Part shown: positions 35,624 to 40,000 of the stretch, piece by piece | Layout: every line of letters begins with the position of its first letter | Numbering within the stretch: position 1 is the stretch's first letter | DNA from: Chitinophaga pinensis | Lineage (GTDB): Bacteria; Cyanobacteriota; Cyanobacteriia; PCC-6307; Cyanobiaceae | Length of the DNA: 40,000 bases | Reading direction: 5' to 3' | Assembly (NCBI GenBank): GCA_943371815.1 | Contig: CALRWB020000003.1 | Coordinates: 68,707 to 108,706, forward strand | Position numbers and translations under genes: made by a program | Notes under the pieces: generated by a model | What the model was told of the DNA's origin: nothing | Database searches by the model: none | Seen by the model: only the letters and a program-made list of their open reading frames with translations

Positions 35624-36968
35624 AGCTCCAATCCAGCAGCTGCATGGGGTGGGCCACCGGGATCGGCCGCGGGGCTGCGTCCATGTGTTGGCGGATCTGC
35701 AGGCTGCAGCCGATGTTAGCCGACGCCACCCAGTCGGCGCCGGTGGTGGAGAGGTCGGCAGCTTTGATCTGGCCCAGTTCGGCGGCTTCCGTGGGTTGCA
35801 CCAGGTTGTAGATGCCGGCGCTGCCGCAGCACACGCCCGCCTCCATCGCTTCACGCAGCTGGATGTGGGGGATGGCGCCCAGCAGGGCGCGGGGTTGGTC
35901 GCGGATGCCCTGGCCGTGGAGCATGTGGCAGGCATCGTGATAGGCCAGCTTCAGTGGCTTTTCGGAGCTGGTGGGACTGCCATCGGGGTGGGCCAGGGGT
36001 TGGAGGCCTGCCTGGAAGCTTTCGCTGAGGCCCACCTGGGCCAGGAATTCCTGGATGTCGCACACCTGGCTGGCGAAGGCTGAACCCCGTTTGGCCCAGG
36101 CCGGCTGGCTGGCCAGGATGGAGCCATAGGCCTTCATGGTGTGGCCGCAGCCGGATGCGGCCACCAGCACTGCATCCAGGGGGTCGGCGCCGGCGGGTTT
36201 GCCCGGGCCTACCACCGATTCCAGGCTGTCGATCAACTTGCTAGCCAGGTCTTGGGTTTGGGCCGTTTCGCCCTGGTGGTGGGTCACGGCCCCGCAACAG
36301 CCCTGGGCCGGCGGAATCACCACTTCGATGCCATTGGCGGCCAGCACCCGCACCGCCGCCGCGTTCACCGTCGGATCAAACACCCGCTGCACGCAGCCGA
36401 GCACCAGTCCCACCCTGTAGCGGCGCTCCCCCAGGGCGGGAGTCACCAGCGGGAAGCTGTCGTGGAAGGCTTCTTCTGGCAGCTCCGGCAAGAGCTGCTC
36501 CATGGCTGCAAAGGAACCGCCGCCCAGCTTGAGTAGGCCACTGCGGCGCACCAGGGCCTGCAGGGGCGAGCGTGCGTAGCCCCGCAGGCCTTGCAGCACG
36601 GCTCGCAGCCGCTGGGGGTAGGGCAGCAGGGCAAACAGGGCCCTGCGCAACAGGGTTTGGCCGGAGCTGCGCAACTCCGGCGCGTTCAGCTGGGGCCGGG
36701 TGACTTCCAGCAGTTCGTCGTAGCGGACCCCCGATGGACAGGCCGTGACGCAGGCAAAGCAGCCCAGGCAGCTGTCGAAATGGCCGGCCACCGTGGCATC
36801 GAGCGCGAGCTCACCGGCGGCGATCGCCTTGAGGGCATGGATCCGGCCCCGGGGCGAATCCATCTCCGTGCCCAGCACTAAGTAGCTGGCGCAGCTGGGC
36901 AGGCAGAAGCCGCAGTGCACGCAGGGGTCGCTGGGGTTGGCGAGGGGCGTTGCCGTGCTGGTGGTCAT
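35577..36968 (-). CDS. glcF: Glycolate oxidase iron-sulfur subunit
   Basis: Two 4Fe-4S motifs (CVHCGFCLPSCASY, CLGCFACVTACPSG) plus C-terminal CCG-type Cys-rich domains. Confidence 0.85.
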   Translation of the reverse strand: MTTSTATPLANPSDPCVHCGFCLPSCASYLVLGTEMDSPRGRIHALKAIAAGELALDATVAGHFDSCLGCFACVTACPSGVRYDELLEVTRPQLNAPELRSSGQTLLRRALFALLPYPQRLRAVLQGLRGYARSPLQALVRRSGLLKLGGGSFAAMEQLLPELPEEAFHDSFPLVTPALGERRYRVGLVLGCVQRVFDPTVNAAAVRVLAANGIEVVIPPAQGCCGAVTHHQGETAQTQDLASKLIDSLESVVGPGKPAGADPLDAVLVAASGCGHTMKAYGSILASQPAWAKRGSAFASQVCDIQEFLAQVGLSESFQAGLQPLAHPDGSPTSSEKPLKLAYHDACHMLHGQGIRDQPRALLGAIPHIQLREAMEAGVCCGSAGIYNLVQPTEAAELGQIKAADLSTTGADWVASANIGCSLQIRQHMDAAPRPIPVAHPMQLLDWSFRGVAPSPPSTPKRP

Positions 36969-37000
36969 GGGGCCCAGTTTGGCGTCCCCTGGGCCTGGGC

Positions 37001-38440
37001 TCAGAAGTGGCGAATCACGGCTTCGGCAAAGCCGGAGCAGCTCACCGGCTCCACCCGGGGTTCCATCAGCCGGGCCAGGTCGTAGGTGACCTCACCGCCG
37101 GCGATGGCGGCACTGATGCCCTTGGTGATCAGGTCGGCAGCTTCCTGCCAGCCCATGAATTCGAGCATCATCACGCCACTCAGGATCACCGAGCCGGGGT
37201 TGATGCGGTCCAAGCCCGCGTGCTTGGGGGCTGTGCCGTGGGTGGCTTCAAAGATGGCGGCGGTGTCACCGATGTTGGCGCCGGGGGCCATGCCCAATCC
37301 GCCCACCACAGCCGCTGCTGCATCCGAGATGTAGTCGCCGTTGAGGTTGAGGGTGGCAAGCACCGAATACTCCTGGGGCCGGGTTTGGATCTGCTGGAAG
37401 ATGCTGTCGGCGATGCGGTCATCGACCAACACCATCGACTTCCACTTGCCATAGCCGTGGCTTTCGCCGATGCCATCGACCACGCCCTTCACCTCGGCGC
37501 AAATCGCTTCTTTTTTCTCGGGGGTGAGGTTGTCGTAGCCCGGCTCGATCAGGCGGGCGTTGTCCTCGCTGCTGAGGGAGTGGTCCCGCTCCAGGTTGTC
37601 GAGGATCCAGCTTTCCCGCTCGGTGATGCACACGTCGCGGAATTCGCCGGTGGCCAGCTCGTAACCCCAGTCGCGGAAAGCCCCCTCGGTGAATTTCATG
37701 ATGTTGCCCTTGTGTACCAGGGTCACGTGGCGCTTGTTTCCCTCGAGGCGCAGGGCGTGCTGAATCGCTTTGCGGATGTGGCGCTGGCTGCCGTGCTTGC
37801 TCACGGGCTTGATGCCAATTCCTGAGCCGGGAGGGATCTGGCGCTTGCCGAGCTTGCCGTTGGCCGGGATCACCACCGTGTTGAGGTGCTCGATCAGATC
37901 GAGGCAAACCTGGTCATCGGCCTCCCACTCGATCCCCATGTAGATGTCTTCGGTGTTTTCCCGGTAGACGATCACATCGAGGTCTTGGGGCCGCTTGTGG
38001 GGGCTGGGGGTGCCTTCGTAATAGCGGCAGGGCCGCACGCAGCAGTACAGATCGAAAATCTGGCGTAGGGCCACATTCAACGAGCGAATGCCGCCTCCGA
38101 TCGGGGTGGTGAGGGGACCCTTGATGGCCACGCCGTAGGTGCGGATGGCTTCGAGGGTGTCCTCGGGCAGGTACTGGTAGGTGCCGTAAAGCTCGCAGGC
38201 CTCATCGCCTGCAAACACCTTGAACCACTCGATCCGGCGCTCGTTGCCGTAGGCCTGGGCCACGGCCGCATCCAGCACCCGCTGGGTGGCGGGCCAGATG
38301 TCAACGCCGGTGCCGTCGCCGCGGATGAAGGGAATGATCGGATCGTTGGGCACCACCGGGTGGCCGTCTTCAAAGCGGATCGCCGTGCCGCTGGTGGGGG
38401 CGGTGAGTTTTTCGTACTGCCCAGCGGAACTGGTGACCAT
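37001..38440 (-). CDS. icd: NADP-dependent isocitrate dehydrogenase
   Basis: 479 aa. [13 protein letters not shown]..., [22 protein letters not shown]..., [13 protein letters not shown]... are classic IDH motifs. Confidence 0.95.
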   Translation of the reverse strand: MVTSSAGQYEKLTAPTSGTAIRFEDGHPVVPNDPIIPFIRGDGTGVDIWPATQRVLDAAVAQAYGNERRIEWFKVFAGDEACELYGTYQYLPEDTLEAIRTYGVAIKGPLTTPIGGGIRSLNVALRQIFDLYCCVRPCRYYEGTPSPHKRPQDLDVIVYRENTEDIYMGIEWEADDQVCLDLIEHLNTVVIPANGKLGKRQIPPGSGIGIKPVSKHGSQRHIRKAIQHALRLEGNKRHVTLVHKGNIMKFTEGAFRDWGYELATGEFRDVCITERESWILDNLERDHSLSSEDNARLIEPGYDNLTPEKKEAICAEVKGVVDGIGESHGYGKWKSMVLVDDRIADSIFQQIQTRPQEYSVLATLNLNGDYISDAAAAVVGGLGMAPGANIGDTAAIFEATHGTAPKHAGLDRINPGSVILSGVMMLEFMGWQEAADLITKGISAAIAGGEVTYDLARLMEPRVEPVSCSGFAEAVIRHF

Positions 38441-38509
38441 GGCTGCTGTATTGACGATGGGAGTGAGCCTAGGTTTTACCCATCAAGGGTTCTGCTCACG
38501 GAGAACGGC

Positions 38510-38962
38510 ATGAATGCCTCCGACCAGGCCCAATCCTTGGAGGCGGCCCAGGCGATCGCTTCGGTAGCGGCCCTGTTCCGCGGCCACTTCCCCGATGCCC
38601 GAGCCAATCTCAGCCCCTGGCGCGACGATCCGCTGACCCGCGCATTCGCCCAGGCGGAGAGCCTGGATCTGTCGTTCCATTTCCCCGGTTGGAGCCCCCG
38701 GCTGGAGTGCCGTTCGCTCTTGGTCCAGCTGCAATTGGAATCGGCCCCTGCAGGCGGCCGGCCCCGGTTGTTGGGGGTGTTGATCCGCGGCCTCACCTAT
38801 GAATCCGAGCGCTGGCGGCTGGCCACCATGGGGGATTGGCAGCCCTCGGGCACCCACCGGCCCCATCCGGCTGTCACCGGGGCCCTGCAGGAGTTTTGCC
38901 GGGAGTTGTTTGGCTTGTTTGATCAAGCCCAAAGCGATCCAGCCGGGGGGCAAGCCGCGTAA
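38510..38962 (+). CDS. Hypothetical protein
   Basis: 150 aa from ATG 38510, divergent from icd. Confidence 0.5.
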   Translation: MNASDQAQSLEAAQAIASVAALFRGHFPDARANLSPWRDDPLTRAFAQAESLDLSFHFPGWSPRLECRSLLVQLQLESAPAGGRPRLLGVLIRGLTYESERWRLATMGDWQPSGTHRPHPAVTGALQEFCRELFGLFDQAQSDPAGGQAA

Positions 38963-39050
38963 CCCTTCGCAACCTTGTCGGCACCAGGGCAAAGGCAGCG
39001 CCTACCTTGGCCCCTCTGCTTAGTAGCCGCGCCCAGCGCCTTCGCGTCCA

Positions 39051-39770
39051 ATGTCTGTTGCCCTGGCTTCCCAACTCCGTGAAGGCACCAAAAAGGCCCA
39101 CACGATGGCGGAGAACACCGGCTTTGTGAGCTGCTTCCTCAAAGGTGTGGTCGACAAGGTGAGCTACCGCACCCTGGTAGCCGACCTCTTCTTTGTGTAC
39201 TCAGCCATGGAAGAGGAGATCGGCAAGCTGCGCGCCCAGGGCCATCCCGTTGTGGGCCCCGTGGGCTTCCCCGAGCTCAACCGGCGCGAGACCCTCGAGC
39301 AGGATCTGGCCTTCTATTTCGGCGCCGATTGGCGCTCCAGCATCAAGGCCACCCCGGGGGCCCAGCAGTACGTTGATCGGATCCACCAGGTGGCTGCTGA
39401 AGCTCCCGAGCTGCTGGTGGGCCACCACTACACCCGCTATATCGGCGATCTCTCGGGCGGTCAGATCCTCAAGAACATCGCCCAAAAGGCCATGAACCTG
39501 GGTGAGCACGACGGCCTGCGCTTCTACGAGTTCGACAGCATTGCCGATGAGAAGGGCTTCAAGGTCAACTACCGCGCCGTGCTCGACAGCCTGCCCATCG
39601 ACCAGGACATGGCCGATCGGATCGTGGAGGAGGCTAACCAGGCCTTTCACCTCAACATGACCATGTTCCAGGAGCTGGAAGGCAACCTGGTGGCCGCCAT
39701 CGGCAAGGTGCTCTTCGGCTTCCTCACCCGCCGCCAGCGCGCCGGAAGTACGGAAGCGGTGGCTGCCTGA
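39051..39770 (+). CDS. ho1: Heme oxygenase
   Basis: LASQLREGTKKAHTMAENTGFVSCFLKGVVDK...HHYTRYIGDLSGGQILK is the canonical heme oxygenase 1 sequence. Confidence 0.95.
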   Translation: MSVALASQLREGTKKAHTMAENTGFVSCFLKGVVDKVSYRTLVADLFFVYSAMEEEIGKLRAQGHPVVGPVGFPELNRRETLEQDLAFYFGADWRSSIKATPGAQQYVDRIHQVAAEAPELLVGHHYTRYIGDLSGGQILKNIAQKAMNLGEHDGLRFYEFDSIADEKGFKVNYRAVLDSLPIDQDMADRIVEEANQAFHLNMTMFQELEGNLVAAIGKVLFGFLTRRQRAGSTEAVAA

Positions 39771-39772
39771 GT

Positions 39773-40000
39773 TTGCGTCCGCTGCGGTTTTTGGTGCCAG
39801 GCACCAGCGGTAAGTTCCGCTGCGGTGGCTTGCTGGTGGAATTGCAAACCGCCCGGCTGGTGGCCCAGCTAGTGCCCGCCGAGGTGGTCACCTACCGCCA
39901 ACGGGAGTCAGGCACCCCGTTCCTCGCCGATCTGTTGCGCACGGAGCGCTCCCCCGGGGAAGCCCTTTGGATTGTGAGCTGGGGCTTTGATGTGCCCGCC
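39773..40000 (+). CDS. Partial ORF running off the window end (unknown function)
   Basis: Open frame from TTG 39773 to 40000 (LRPLRFLVPGTSGKFRCGGLLVELQ...). High G/C at third positions. Start not established. Confidence 0.35.
   Translation, partial: MRPLRFLVPGTSGKFRCGGLLVELQTARLVAQLVPAEVVTYRQRESGTPFLADLLRTERSPGEALWIVSWGFDVPA

Overview
High-GC chromosome segment whose right-hand gene content (ho1, icd, glcE/glcF, xfp, glgP) looks like a Synechococcus/Cyanobium-type picocyanobacterium; that taxon call is inference only. Positions 1 to about 22793 are the right-hand part of a prophage-like element. Nearly all its genes are on the minus strand: small and large terminase, portal, scaffold-like protein, major capsid, then a short tail module rich in fibre-like proteins (collagen Gly-X-Y, PKD-like, DUF1566-like). 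It also carries plus-strand morons (a small ORF plus DoxX), two SigF-like sigma-factor genes, a Nif11-like protein, two tandem paralogues and a class II Fic protein. The element ends at a 3' fragment of tRNA-Arg(CCT), a likely att site. The intact tRNA and the integrase are probably left of the window. The most interesting feature is a ~1.7 kb low-GC block (about 15140-16860) between the terminase and portal genes. It encodes a 310-aa soluble protein and a 168-aa four-TM protein that, from my memory of the lambda sequences, resemble RexA and RexB, so it is a candidate abortive-infection/exclusion cassette. Its upstream neighbour is a sigma-factor gene that lacks region 4, and the GC shift falls inside that gene. 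A conserved ~21-nt motif (CCATGGCAATAGGCAGTGACG in gene orientation) sits in front of the capsid, fibre, scaffold, portal and possibly terminase blocks, and may be an element-specific promoter or operator. Positions 22.9-40 kb are ordinary core genes: glgP, phosphoketolase, a cation/proton antiporter, a methyltransferase, a hydrolase, an aldose epimerase, glcE, a four-carbon acid sugar kinase, glcF, icd and ho1. All homology statements come from reading the translations and recalling families; no searches were run.
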